Origin: Macrostomum lignano
Lineage: Eukaryota
Direction of reading: 5' to 3'
Assembly (NCBI GenBank): GCA_002269645.1
Contig: NIVC01000570.1
Location: forward strand, 469,665 to 533,664
Length of the DNA: 64,000 bases
Position 1 is the stretch's first letter, and the number at the start of each line of letters is the position of its first letter. Position numbers and translations under genes: made by a program. The notes below the pieces were generated by a model. The model saw only the letters and a program-made list of their open reading frames with translations. It was not told the DNA's origin and ran no database searches. Shown one piece after another: positions 1 through 24,473 of the stretch.

Positions 1-359
1 GGGGGAGCAGCTCGCGCCGGGATTAGGATGGTTTGGAATGAGATGAAGTGCTGCTGCTGCTGCGTAGTAGTAGTAAGCTTCCACTCAGCTCCCCCTCCCT
101 GAGCTCGCTGGCGCCCAGGGCAGCTGCGGAGTTCCGCCGGGAACCCTGGAGATAGACAAGCAACGGCACAGACAGACAGATATGACTGACTCAATCGCCT
201 AGCTAAAGCTTAATATTAGAACGTATAACAGACTCTCCAATCTTGTGCGCAATCTAGCAATTGATCATCCAATTTCAATTTATATATGATGCTATTTCTG
301 TACAATATCGGAAATTGCACTGAGTTCGCTGTTATCAGTTTGAGATATATTTAATATAT

Positions 360-745
360 AGAAGTGGGACAATAGGTAGATGCAGTGGGAGAATGGGTAG
401 ATGCAGTGGGAGAATGGGTAGATGCAGTGGGAGAATGGGTAGGTGGAGTGGGATAATGGGTAGATGTAGTGGGAGAATGGGTAGATGCAGTGGGAGAATG
501 GGTAGATGCAGTGGGAGAATGGGTAGATGCAGTGGGAGAATGGGTAGATGCAGTGGGAGAATGGGTAGATAGAGTGGGAGAATGGTTAGATGCAGTGGGA
601 GAATGGTTAGATGCAGTGGGAGAATGGGTAGATAGAGTGGGAGAATGGGTAGATGCAGTGGGAGAATGGGTAGATAGAGTGGGAGAATGGTTAGATGCAG
701 TGGGAAAATGGGTAGATAGAGTTGGAGAATGGGTAGATAGAATGA
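360..745. repeat. 21-bp minisatellite (GTGGGAGAATGGGTAGATGCA)n, ~18 copies
   Basis: Direct tandem periodicity in the sequence; explains the repetitive ORFs at 335-801. Confidence 0.95.
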
Positions 746-1994
746 GAGAATGGGGTTCAAGGTACTCTGTTAACAAGACTTACACTTCAAGAGAAAAGTA
801 AAACAGCCAGTTGTACTTATAAAGAAAGTGCAAAAGCATGAAATCGGGTTGAGCTGGCGTGATCAGGCAAGCCTAAAAACTGTCAGTGAGTAGCCATAAT
901 CTCCTCAGTGCTCCGCCAAGCTACTTCAAGCTTGACTTCGGAGCGTAGAAGTGCGTGCAGGATAGGGGATAGGGGAGAGAATGGGGAGGCAAGCAGATAG
1001 CGGATTTGATTGATTGAGTCACCTCCCTCAACTCTTATTTGGCTCAAGCTATCTCTAATTTGTTTCCCCTAACCTGCATTCTCTACCTTACCCTAATAAT
1101 TGTCACTATATAATTTTTTTATGATTTAGACAACACAACTATTTTCTATGAAGGAAGACTACTTCCTTGATTTAGAACTGAAAAATATCGACTTCTTATG
1201 TTTTTTAATGACTTTCTCATTATATGGTAACGAAAACGAAATTATACACACTATGACTGCAGCATCGGCATGCATAGAACTGTTGGTGTGCATAGCTGTG
1301 CTGCGGGATCGATATTGGCTGAAGGCAGCCAGAGGCAAAAGACAGGGGGCAAGAGAACCGCATAAGAGCCCTACTAATCAAATTATTTAGACCATGTCGC
1401 TGGGCACGGGAGGGATTGGAGAAGGCCAAAGGAGGTTGACAGCCACGAGTTGCAAGTGGGGGGGGGGTGGATCAGAGAAGGGAAGGTGTCGATGAGGAAC
1501 GGAGGCTGGCTGCTAATTGGGGACCGGGGTCGCTGAGAATTCGGAAGAGACAAGAAAGAGAAGGGGGAGAGGGAGACGGTGAAAGGCGAGAAGGGGGAGG
1601 CGGAGTCCCAGTTTACGGATAGGAACAAAATAATAAATTAAATGTATGCATATATTAGAAACTGGGAGCAATCGCCAACAAAAAACCCTGAAATCTGGTT
1701 GAATTTCTGCAGCCGAAGCAAAGTAGGATATTTTTGGAACAGGGAAAGACGAAGGTCGCGAGGGCTCATCTCAAATCTGGGACAATTTTTATAACTTTTC
1801 TTTCCACTGTAAATAACAGACCTAATGATGAGTGACTCTGGATCTGAAACCCAGGGCTAAATTCAATGTAGTATAGTAACAAGGACACCTAGGAAATGCG
1901 TATTTCATATTCATGCTTATTGGCGTTAACAATATAGACTGTGGACTGTGATCTGCCGCATGCCAACACAGACTAATAGGCTGTGATCTGCCGA

Positions 1995-2631
1995 AAGAAC
2001 AGACACACTGAGCCATCACCAAAATGACCAGACACACTGAGCCATCACCAAAATGACCAGACACACTGAGCTGGCACCAAAATGACCAGACACACTGAGC
2101 CATCACCAAAATGACCAGACACACTGAGCCATCACCAAAATGACCAGACACACTGAGCCATCACCAAAATGACCAGACACACTGAGCCATCACCAAAATG
2201 ACCAGACACACTGAGCTGGCACCAAAATGACCAGACACACTGAGCCATCACCAAAATGACCAGACACACTGAGCTGGCACCAAAATGACCAGACACACTG
2301 AGCCATCACCAAAATGACCAGACACACTGAGCCATCACCAAAATGACCAGACACACTGAGCTGGCACCAAAATGACCAGACACACTGAGCCATCACCAAA
2401 ATGACCAGACACACTGAGCTGGCACCAAAATGACCAGACACACTGAGCCATCACCAAAATGACCAGACACACTGAGCCATCACCAAAATGACCAGACACA
2501 CTGAGCTGGCACCAAAATGACCAGACACACTGAGCCATCACCAAAATGACCAGACACACTGAGCCATCACCAAAATGACCAGACACACTGAGCCATCACC
2601 AAAATGACCAGACACACTGAGCCATCACCAA
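1995..2631. repeat. 29-bp minisatellite (AGACACACTGAGCCATCACCAAAATGACC)n with GAGCTGGCACC variant, ~22 copies, in the intron after the RhoGAP exon
   Basis: Tandem periodicity; the array begins right after the minus-strand GTGAGT donor at 2637-2632. Confidence 0.95.
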
Positions 2632-2637
2632 ACTCAC

Positions 2638-3188
2638 TCTCGCATGGTCTTCAGCCTCACAGCCCGATCCGGCTGGTCGATGGCTGCCAGCAGCGCGGCC
2701 TCGCCGTCCCTGCCAAACACGCCGTCAGGAATGGCCAGCAGAAACTTCTTGGCCACATTGGCAGCGGTCCAATAATTATAATCCCGCCAATCGATGGGCC
2801 GACCTTCGCCAAGGCATCGAATAATGCGCTTCATGTCGCCGGGATTGCCGGGCCGCCTGAACAGGTCGTTGACCGCCACCCCGTCCCGAGCGACATGAAC
2901 AAGAAGGTCGCACAGAGGCGTAGGCAGGGAGCCGCCGGAGACTCGGCAAACCTCGGCGAGTGGCACGCCGAATTTCAAGCGACTGGTGGACTGTTGAAGA
3001 AGCAGCTGGTGAGCCGCCTGATGCTGCTGCTGCTGTTGTTGCTGCTGCTGACCGGACAGCTGGCAATGCCGATCGATGGGCGATGACATCATTCCCTGGT
3101 CAGAATCGTCCGCCGTGGAATCCCTGGCCGGCCCTGCCCGATGACGCCTGGCTCTGACGCAGGCAAACAAAGAGCGGACTAAGGACAT
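2638..3188 (-). CDS. RhoGAP-domain protein, first coding exon (N-terminal part of the GAP domain); downstream exons not located
   Basis: Translation KFGVPLAEVC...LPTPLCDLLVHVARDGVAVNDLFRRPGN...AANVAKKFLLAIPDGVF matches the RhoGAP FGVPL / GLFR arginine-finger / A.LLK.FL..LP motifs. ATG at 3188 (in-frame stop upstream); GTGAGT donor after 2638 (phase 2). Confidence 0.85.
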
Positions 3189-3544
3189 TGGAGCCAGAAG
3201 ACTGCGGTAGTTGGAATTGGCCGCACGCACAATTATCGATTATAATATCGATTTATTGCTTGGCGCAGTCTGGCTGAACCTGGGGAGAGCTGGCGGCCCA
3301 GTCTGGCCACCACCCCAGAGGGCCGTCACTGCTGCTGGAGCTGCGCACAAGCTGGCTAACACTGGGGCCCCGGTTGGTGGCACAGCGTTTGCGGAGTGAA
3401 CAACAACTGCGCCTATGCTAAGGCTGCAGGAGGTTAAGATTAATGGAAAAAATTAGATAGTAATACTATAAAAAGTTGCTATGCTTGATATTTTATATTC
3501 TATATAATATGATAACAATAATAATAATATTAATAAATTACTGT

Positions 3545-3820
3545 TGCCCTACTAGGCTCAGCATAGCTCAGACACAGTTATTTGCAAGGCACATTTGAAG
3601 GCTACATCCAGCTGTTCAGTCCAAAGACTGGGAAAGGAGGTTGCCATACACAGCCTAAATTACCCTAGCTAATGCTGGCACCCATTTTACAGCTGGGTGA
3701 ACTGAAGCAATATAGAGTCAAGTGTCTTGCTCAATGATACAAATTATTCCAAATAGTTTGAGAATTTACCTCCCAACCTTCAAATTGTAAATCTGACACT
3801 AACCATTATCTTACAACCCC
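3545..3820 (-). mobile_element. Degenerate tRNA-derived SINE-like repeat
   Basis: GCTGGCACCCATTTTACAGCTGGGTGAACTG...AAGTGTCTTGCTCAA...CACTAACCATTA resembles, from memory, the reverse-complement core and tRNA-head region of invertebrate SINE2 families. No CpG remains. Not database-checked. Confidence 0.5.
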
Positions 3821-5309
3821 TAGTACCTATATTATAGCAATCTATTTTTGGTCTGATATGATTTCATTATTAGAATATATTCGTAGAGCTGGATTAATTG
3901 TACTACTAACTAAGATATAAAATTGTAGGATAATAAAAGCTGTAGCAAAAAATACCAATTTGAATTATAATAAATAGAAAGGTTTATTCATAAAAATAGG
4001 ACAAATTTGACATATTGAACCTTTCTTAATTAAAAAAATCCAATATTTTTATGTAATTGGAGATGTGTTAAAATATAAAGAGTTCCTTAAATATACTTAA
4101 ACACTTTTGGTTTTTGCATTTTCATTGAGCTCTTTATTTTTTATGCTACATAAGTCTAAAGAAGGGCCTGGTAAGATTTCTATTAGTTTGACAACTAAGT
4201 AAAACTAAGTAAAGATGACTCAAACTAAGATTGGCGATTTTATATTAAAATAAAAGATAGCTATTTACCAAATTTTTTAAACATACATACTACATAGCAT
4301 AAGTGTTTTATGGCAATTCAATCAATAATGTCTATATGATAAATTGCTTCATTGACTAATGTCTAGTGAAAGTCTTTATAAGCATTAGCTGCTTAGTAGG
4401 TAGGTTATAACTCATTGTAAGTGCCATTTTTTTCCTGAAATGATTTTTTGTTTTATCATATACTTGTATTAAAAACATGGTCAAATTGCACCAAACCTAA
4501 AAAATGGAATAGCAAAAGGCTATTTAAATAGCCAATAGCCCTAGCCAACAAAATATTAATAGAAAAATTATTACTCCACCCCTTTCTTATCTCAACATAA
4601 AATGTTAAATAAAAGAAAATTTTTGCATCTATCTGCTTACACTTCTTGATTTGAAAGAATGACAACTTATCAATTTATAGAAGTCGAAGCGAACTAATGT
4701 GCTAACTGATGATTGAACAAATAAAGTTCTACATTTCTCATTGGATAAAAATTAATAAAACAGTGGGGAAACAAAAATGATTCAATACCGTTTCGCATAA
4801 GAGTAATCGACCTCAGATCCGGCTATCAGAAAAGGACACAATACAACGTGGATATTGTTATTAAAATGTTTATAAGTAAATTTTAAAATAAATTTATTAG
4901 GACGTCGTCCACATGCTTAAAATAAATAAAAGACATTTAAATGTTATTGCGTGCAAATTAACAGAGTAAACTGCATTGTATTTAACAAACTGCTGTATAA
5001 TATTGTTAAAATGATAAAAGTAACGAGCCGAGCTTAAGTAATTAAAGCAAAGAATTCAGTAAATTAAGCCTAATTCGTTGATGTACTGAGTTAGTTACGA
5101 TTCTAACGACTCAAGGACGACTCTAGCAAACTCAAAGACTACGAAACAAGACTACGATCTTATTTCTAAATGAGAGAAATATTTTAAAATGAGTACGAAG
5201 ATAAAATCAACGTACATGTACAACTTTAATTCAAAGTCCACCAGCTATAGAATGCTTCTGGTAAACTGCACTCAAACCAACATGCATGGAACAAATTAAA
5301 GCCAATTAA

Positions 5310-7037
5310 CAGTAGAACTACCAAGAGGGGGGGAAATTCCCCCCCCTGACAATTTTTTTGCTGCGCCGGAACGGAGCAACGCAGGCACACGAAATTCAAG
5401 AACACGGGCTAACTTTTTGTTGCGCACCTTCTCAAACAAGAATCAAGTCGCCAGCCCTCCGGACCGTCGAGATATTCGACGATTCTGCCAGAAGGTCGGA
5501 TTTTTCCCATAAGCGCTAGTGTATTCAGTACACCCCTGTGCGCCAAATAGCACTGCGCCTCAGTGCAGCCTTGCCAAGTCTCCAAATTTCATCAGCACGT
5601 CGACCAAATGTGTCTGCATCAGCTCTGACTTCGTTGGTTACTGGCCTTCACCAAGACGGAGCTTCTAGACCTTCAACAAATGACACCAGATGACTATGGA
5701 CAACCTGATGCTGATTTCTCTAGTTTCGCCGATCAAGCCTCGACAGTGGGCAAAAATCAACTGCTGGACATCCTCAGCTAGTCAGTCAAGCATTCAGCCA
5801 TCAACCGGACGCCGTCGGCACCTTCAACAGATTACACCAGGTGACTATGGACAGCCTGTTGCAAATATGTCAGGTTTTTCTTATCAAGCTTCAATAATGA
5901 GCAAACCTCAACTGCTGGACATCCTCAGCTAGTCAGTCAAGCATTCAGCCATCACCCCGACGCCGTCGGCACCTTCAACAGGTGGCACCAGGGGAGTAAG
6001 GACACCTGAGCGTGATTTTTCATCATGCTCTTAACATTTGTGAATCATTACAAAATGAAAAAACGGATTGAATTTACTGGCTTCTTAAAAGCATAACCCT
6101 TTCTGCATAAAAATTGGGTTCAATATTATAGTTGAATAAACTAAACAGCTTTTCGAATAAAATATGTATGTAGCTCGTATGCATAAAAGTATGTGTAATA
6201 ATAATATAAACATACAGCAACATGAGTTCAAGCTTAACTATAGCAATGTCTGTGCTTTAAAAATTTTGAGAGCTTCAGAAATGCTAAGAGCATGATGAAA
6301 AATCACGCTCAGGTGTCCTTACTCCCCTGGTGCCACCTGTTGAAGGTGCCGACGGCGTCGGGGTGATGGCTGAATGCTTGACTGACTAGCTGAGGATGTC
6401 CAGCAGTTGAGGTTTGCTCATTATTGAAGCTTGATAAGAAAAACCTGACATATTTGCAACAGGCTGTCCATAGTCACCTGGTGTAATCTGTTGAAGGTGC
6501 CGACGGCGTCCGGTTGATGGCTGAATGCTTGACTGACTAGCTGAGGATGTCCAGCAGTTGATTTTTGCCCACTGTCGAGGCTTGATCGGCGAAACTAGAG
6601 AAATCAGCATCAGGTTGTCCATAGTCATCTGGTGTCATTTGTTGAAGGTCTAGAAGCTCCGTCTCGGTGAAGGCCAGTAACCAACGAAGTCAGAGCTGAT
6701 GCAGACACATTTGGTCGACGTGCTGATGAAATTTGGAGACTTGGCAAGGCTGCACTGAGGCGCAGTGCTATTTGGCGCACAGGGGTGTACTGAATACACT
6801 AGCGCTTATGGGAAAAATCCGACCTTCTGGCAGAATCGTCGAATATCTAGACGGTCCGGAGGGCTGGCGACTTGATTCTTGTTTGAGAAGGTGCGCAACA
6901 AAAAGTTAGCCCGTGTTCTTGAATTTCGTGTGCCTGCGTTGCTCCGTTCCGGCGCAGTAAAAAAATTGTCAGGGGGGGGAATTCCCCCCCCCTCTTGGTA
7001 GTTCGACGGGCGGAAAAATGGCTTGGTATTCCTACTG
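5310..7037. mobile_element. Non-autonomous piggyBac-type foldback element, 1728 bp, with ~725-bp inverted arms
   Basis: TTAA at 5306-5309 and 7038-7041. Ends are CAGTAGAACTACCAAG and GGTATTCCTACTG. Arms 5315-6039 and 6279-7004 are reverse complements (3-4 substitutions plus G/C-run length differences) around a ~240-bp AT-rich spacer. No transposase ORF. Confidence 0.85.
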
Positions 7038-8540
7038 TTAATATGAATATCAACCTTTCTACCTTTTTAATATAGGTATTACAAGTACATTTGAGTTTTG
7101 TATATTTTATTAATTCATGCTTGATCATGCACACCATGCATCAGGGCTTGTGTGCGGTTATGTTTTTTAAGCATGGAGGCAAATTCAAACCAAGGACGAC
7201 TGTATTTAATATAACTGTTATACAGTGGTCCTTGATTCAAACTTCAGCAGATTGAGTAGTAATTCGATTTATGGAAACTGAACCATGATTTTACCTTTAA
7301 ATTTTGTTAGCAGTACGGTCCACGTTTTATAGAAGAGTTCAGGAGCATGAGACTAGCACGCTGCGAGACAAGCATTTTGAAGCGAATAACAAATGAAAAG
7401 ATCGAAGCGGACAGAATAACTGTCAATATTTTTAAACTCGCGGGTCTTATAAAACACTTGCAGCTGCGCAATCAAAACTGATGCGCATGAATCGGTGAAA
7501 AAACTTTGTTAGGGACTAACCAACATCCAAAAAGTACAGTATATTTTATAAAAAAGACAATTGCGCATTGAATTTTGCATTCGCATTTCGACAAAATCGG
7601 TTGAAACAAGACCAGAGCTTTATGCACAAAACTGTGAGAAGTACCACAGCCTGCTGTCTATTAGCACCATTAAAGCATGTGGTTACTGGTTAATATAATT
7701 AGCTCGTAACCTCAGGAAACAATGAAAGTCAGTGCACTTATTTTAAAACATACGGGAAACAAGTTTCGAAATCATTTCGAAATTTTTTTACCTCAAAGGC
7801 CAAATTAAGAAAAGAAAGGCCACATGAGGGGGCGGAGGAGAGAGAATAAAGGAGAAGAGAAGAGAGACGAAATGTGAGAGGAGAGAAGAGAAGAGGTGAG
7901 AGAAGATATTAGAGAGGAGAGAGGAGGGAAGAGACAAACCTTTGAGTGGACTGGATTGCTATTCTGAAGATTCAAAAGGACCCAAGGGCCTTCGTCTCCC
8001 ACTACACCTTTTCACGTTCAATTTTGATCAAAGTCCAGTTCTAAAAAAACTAGCGGAAATTCAATTCAGACTGAGGATAATTTGTCTATGGCTAAACCTT
8101 ACTTCGGTTAGAATGTTTTGAACTGGGGTCAGACTGGGCCCCAGTCTAAATTGTCTGAATTGAATTTGAAATTCCGAGCTTGTTAAAAGGCCCCGAACGG
8201 TAACCAAGGTAAGATGTAAAACCAAGCACAGTTCTGTACAGAATCATACAAAAGTACAGATTCGGTATTACAGATTACACCTTAGTAGCAAGTCCTGCAT
8301 GAGTTACCACTCAGATACAAAATTAATGTTTTTTTACTTCAGTATGTCACGCAAGCATATTTTGACACTGATTTGCAATCTAAACAGAATCGAACCTGGA
8401 CTTTTTGAGTCCGATAAGAGAGACAATAATGGGAAATAAATAGGGGATTAGCTTGTTGCCTCCCAGTGATCTGCCGCTACAAAATAATTCCGTGGCCGAG
8501 AGTGAGCCATGGCTGCAGATCGAGCTGCGTGCTCAGACGA

Positions 8541-20304
<11,764 letters not shown>

Positions 20305-21614
20305 TTTATTTGGCGAATAAAAGCCTTTACTTTGGCTTAACACAAGCTGAGGTAGCTAAAATGGCAAGAGATCAATAAAGCTCTCAGTTAAGTCGAATTC
20401 AACTGACTGTTTAGGCCAATTTTCAATTTGAATTTCAGTCTTTTAGTACGAACTTGTCCGCCTCTACCTTCGCTGTAGCCCTCCCTCTGTCAGCTCTTAT
20501 CAGCGCCAGGGCCAATCATGGCCAAAAGCAACTGCATAATTACAGCCGAAAATTCGCTTCGCAACCTTTTGTCTTATCAACAAAATTATCGACTCAAGGT
20601 GTGGGGACAGCCGATAGGTATAAAGAGAGAGAGAGAGAGTGGAGGAGATTAGAATACCGAATCTCTCTCTGCCTGGACTTTGAGCGACATTGGACTGCAT
20701 TGGCCGCGGTGGCCGCTCCAGTGTGACGTCTGCTGCAATGAGAAATTGCTCAATAGAATGAATCACCTTCGCTCTGTTTAGAGTTTTCATGCGCTGTTGG
20801 CTGCACTCGTCCTTTTTTGTTAAAAGTTTATTTAAAGGTGACAACAAGCACCTGCGGACACTTCGTGACAGCTGACAATGCTCTATGTCTATGAGTAACA
20901 TCACCCGGGTCAATTGAAAAGTTAATCGACTAAAGAGATTATCCCTTTGAAATAATCTCATGCTAGAAAGAAGCCGTACGCGCCAGGGTGCGAGTATTTT
21001 TTATTGTCATCACTAATTGAGATGTCAAGATAAGATAACCGCACCTATGCTTTGTGACATAATTAGGGCTGCTATAAACTGCCGCCCCAGCCAGCGATAA
21101 GAATCCAATGGCGCAACCTTGATTGCGAAAGCGAGCGAAATATTTTACAAGAATTTCTAAGTTTTCACAGTTAGCCTGAACTGCCCTCTGCTCGCGGCCC
21201 TTCAGTGAAAGCACTTTTATTAGTTCAATCAGTAGCAGTGGGACTGCCGGCAGAAGGCAAAGGCTATAAATATCTGCTCCGGTGATGGGGCTTCCGAGAC
21301 GGCACAAGGAAGAGAGCAGCGGCCGAAGGTGCTGAAGGCCCATGTATTTTAAACTAAATAGAGCCCAGCCAGTCCTGTCCCCAAATCCCCAGCTGGCAAT
21401 ATCTTCCCCTTTTTGGATAGCTGGGGAGTTAAGGGAGCGTTTAGGGCAGCGGGATCAGTATAGGGGCACGCGCTAATTTGTGGGAAGAAAAGACAGACGC
21501 CAAGATTTAAGACAACCCGCTGTGGCTTTTTAAAAACCACCGATGCGATAAGATAAGAAGTACTATTATTCTATTTAAGAATTATGGGCATCTATTTCAC
21601 CACTTCATTGATGG

Positions 21615-22310
21615 GCTAGATTAGCAATCCACTTTAGTCTCCCTCACTGGCTATATTAGCAATCCCTTTAGTAACACCTCACTGGCTAGATTAGCAATCC
21701 CTTTAGTAACAAACACCTCACTGGTTAGATTAGCAATCCCCTTTAGTCCCCCCTCACTGGCTAGATTAGCAATCCCTTTAGTAACAAACACCTCACTGGT
21801 TAGATTAGCAATCCCCTTTAGTAACCCTCGCGGGCTAGATTAGCAATCCACTTTAGTAACCCTCGCGGGCTAGATTAGCAATCCACTTTAGTAACCCTCG
21901 CGGGCTAGATTAGCAATCCCTTTAGTAACAAACACCTCACTGGTTAGATTAGCAATCCCCTTTAGTAACCCCTCACTGGCTAGATTAGCAATCCCTTTAG
22001 TAACAAACACCTCACTGGTTAGATTAGCAATCCCCTTTAGTAACCCTCGCGGGCTAGATTAGCAATCCACTTTAGTAACCCTCGCGGGCTAGATTAGCAA
22101 TCCCTTTAGTAACAAACACCTCACTGGTTAGATTAGCAATCCCCTTTAGTAACCCCTCACTGGCTAGATTAGCAATCCCTTTAGTAACAAACACCTCACT
22201 GGTTAGATTAGCAATCCCCTTTAGTAACCCTCACTGGCTAGATTAGCAATCCCTTTAGTAACAAACACCTCACTGGTTAGATTAGCAATCCCCTTTAGTA
22301 ACCCCTTACG
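21615..22310. repeat. 34-39-bp variable-unit minisatellite (GGCTAGATTAGCAATCCCTTTAGTAAC...)n
   Basis: About 19 units in three length variants. Confidence 0.93.
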
Positions 22311-22801
22311 GGCCAGACCAGCTCCTCCCAACAGCAAAACTGGCAGCAACAACATCGATCAGCTAAAGTGCTATCAAACCAAATGACAGCCACAGTGGCA
22401 ATGTATCAAAGCAGATCGTGAAGGAGACTTTGCTTGCCCACACGGGAAGGCAGAAGCAGATCTATATGCGCGCGAATTACCTTCAAGTCAAAACTCCTGG
22501 CTCTTTGGCCCCCAGGGGGACAATTCTTCAAATGGAGTTGCTGGGAACTCTGATTAGCAAAAGCTTCTATTTGTTTTGGCTCCGCCTGTGTCTGCACTTT
22601 CTTAACAAATCTTTGGGATCGAAGTTGTAGATCGTAAAGGAGAAAACTAGAAAGTTGCGGCACACAAGATGCAGGCCTGTCCTTGCTGGGGAAACTGGCA
22701 ATAGCTTTTCGACAGTTTTTCCTTAAGTCTACTTTCTTTCTGACTTAAATTTTGTCTGTTTATGCTTTTAGGCTTGCTCATACTGCCACCAGCTTGAGCG
22801 C

Positions 22802-23018
<217 letters not shown>

Positions 23019-24019
23019 GTGGTACAGTAGCTGAGGTACAGAATCGGTTATTTCGGCTCCACAAGAGCTGAGTGAGGCAGTTTACTGGAAAAACCGGAGC
23101 GCCGACAGCTGAAATGTGAAACCCCGGCAAGCGGGAAATGTGCCAAGCAAGCGTTTCCTCCATCAAGAGTCCTTTCCTAGCATCCGAAATCTCCCAGTTC
23201 GGCCCAGGCCGTGAGGAATAAAAATCAGCAAATATCTCAAGCTTAAGCTGAGCAGATCAGCTGACAACAAAAAGCGCAGAATCCCCGGCCGAGTTCTCAG
23301 CTCCATAAGCGGAACAATCGTCCATTGAGCAATTGGCACTGAGCCGCCACACGAATCCTGTCCTGCCCGCCCCTGCCTACTGATGCGAACCTTCATCACT
23401 AAGAGTTCGTGCTAGCAACAATCGCGCGATGTGGGATCTACGGGATCTCCTTCAAAATTGATTTATCCCAAGCTTTATAAACTAATCTCCCCATAACCAC
23501 TAAAGACTAGATTTCCGCGAAATCAACTCGCAGATGATTCGTTTCTCCCATTCGCGTGCCGCCCTGACAACCCAGTGGGGGGGGGGATCGTGTGGAAAAT
23601 CTTCAGAGAGAATCGCTCTTTTCTGCTTCCTCACAATCTCACTTTATTTATTCTTCCTCGTCAACAGTAGGAGCCGGGCAAACGGGTAATTCAATAAATT
23701 AGCAGGAATTTCTGCTGTTAGCAAGACTTGCCCGTCTGCACTGTACGTTTGGGACCGGGTGAGGCCTCCAATGTTTTGATGTCTGGCCCTACCGACCGTC
23801 TCTGGTTGTTTATCTGACTCATGGTTCTCATTTTCAATCTCCTTTCCCTTCTATGCTCATCTACTAGACCACTGCTTAGTTGTGACATTAGTTCGAAGCT
23901 TACTCTCGACTGTTTCATTTTACTCGAAGGTCACTGCAGTGAATTCGAAGGTCACATTGTGAGGGCGCCATTGTGCAGCTGTTATCTCCCTTTTATTTCT
24001 TCTGTTCTCTTCTCTTCAT

Positions 24020-24457
24020 CTGATCAGACAGAGGGGGTCAGGGGGGAGATCAGACAGAGGGGGGTCAGGGGGAGATCAGACAGAGGGGGGTCAGGGGGAG
24101 ATCAGACAGAGGGGGTCAGGGGGAGATCAGACAGAGGGGGGTCAGGGGGAGATCAGACAGAGGGGGGTCAGGGGGGAGATCAGACAGAGGGGGGTCAGGG
24201 GGAGATCAGACAGAGGGGGGTCAGGGGGAGATCAGACAGAGGGGGTCAGGGGGGAGATCAGGCAGAGGGGGTCAGGGGGAGATCAGACAGAGGGGGTCAG
24301 GGGGAGATCAGACAGAGGGGGGTCAGGGGGGAGATCAGACAGAGGGGGGTCAGGGGGGAGATCAGACAGAGGGGGTCAGGGGGGAGATCAGGCAGAGTGG
24401 GTCAGGGGGGAGATCAGGCAGAGGGGGTCAGGGGGGAGATCAGGCAGAGGGGGTCAG
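24020..24457. repeat. G-rich 26-28-bp minisatellite (GATCAGACAGAGGGGGGTCAGGGGGGA)n
   Basis: About 16 copies, each with two G5-6 runs. Confidence 0.95.
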
Positions 24458-24473
24458 GCATTGTTCAGAGGCA

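Noticed and set aside
1-145. GC-rich segment with a minus-strand acceptor at 147-146 as the next RhoGAP exon
   Set aside because: In the required phase it hits a stop after ~20 codons and no frame is RhoGAP-like; it may belong to something outside the window.
335-801. Long repetitive ORFs (LPILPLH, THSPTAS, GEWVDAV) and similar ones at 1822-2586, 13590-14557, 22752-23166, 23821-24594, 25447-27190, 31762-32532, 38700-39644, 40293-41971 and 57966-60111
   Set aside because: All are translations of mini- or microsatellites whose units lack stops in some frames; no independent coding evidence.
1383-1440. LLQSLP peptide resembling the RhoGAP continuation
   Set aside because: No AG acceptor in a usable position, and a stop follows within 8 codons.
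7191-7234. 14-bp inverted repeat CAAGGACGACTGTA / TACAGTGGTCCTTG resembling Tc1/pogo ends
   Set aside because: The ends face outward and no partner termini were found; too short to call.
8057-8167. 15-bp inverted repeat AAATTCAATTCAGAC around a central near-palindrome
   Set aside because: Possible MITE, but no TSD and low-complexity arms.
20500-21343. Two abutting minus-strand ORFs (153 and 126 aa) upstream of ABCC
   Set aside because: No recognisable motifs and codon style unlike the real exons; likely chance ORFs in promoter or UTR DNA.
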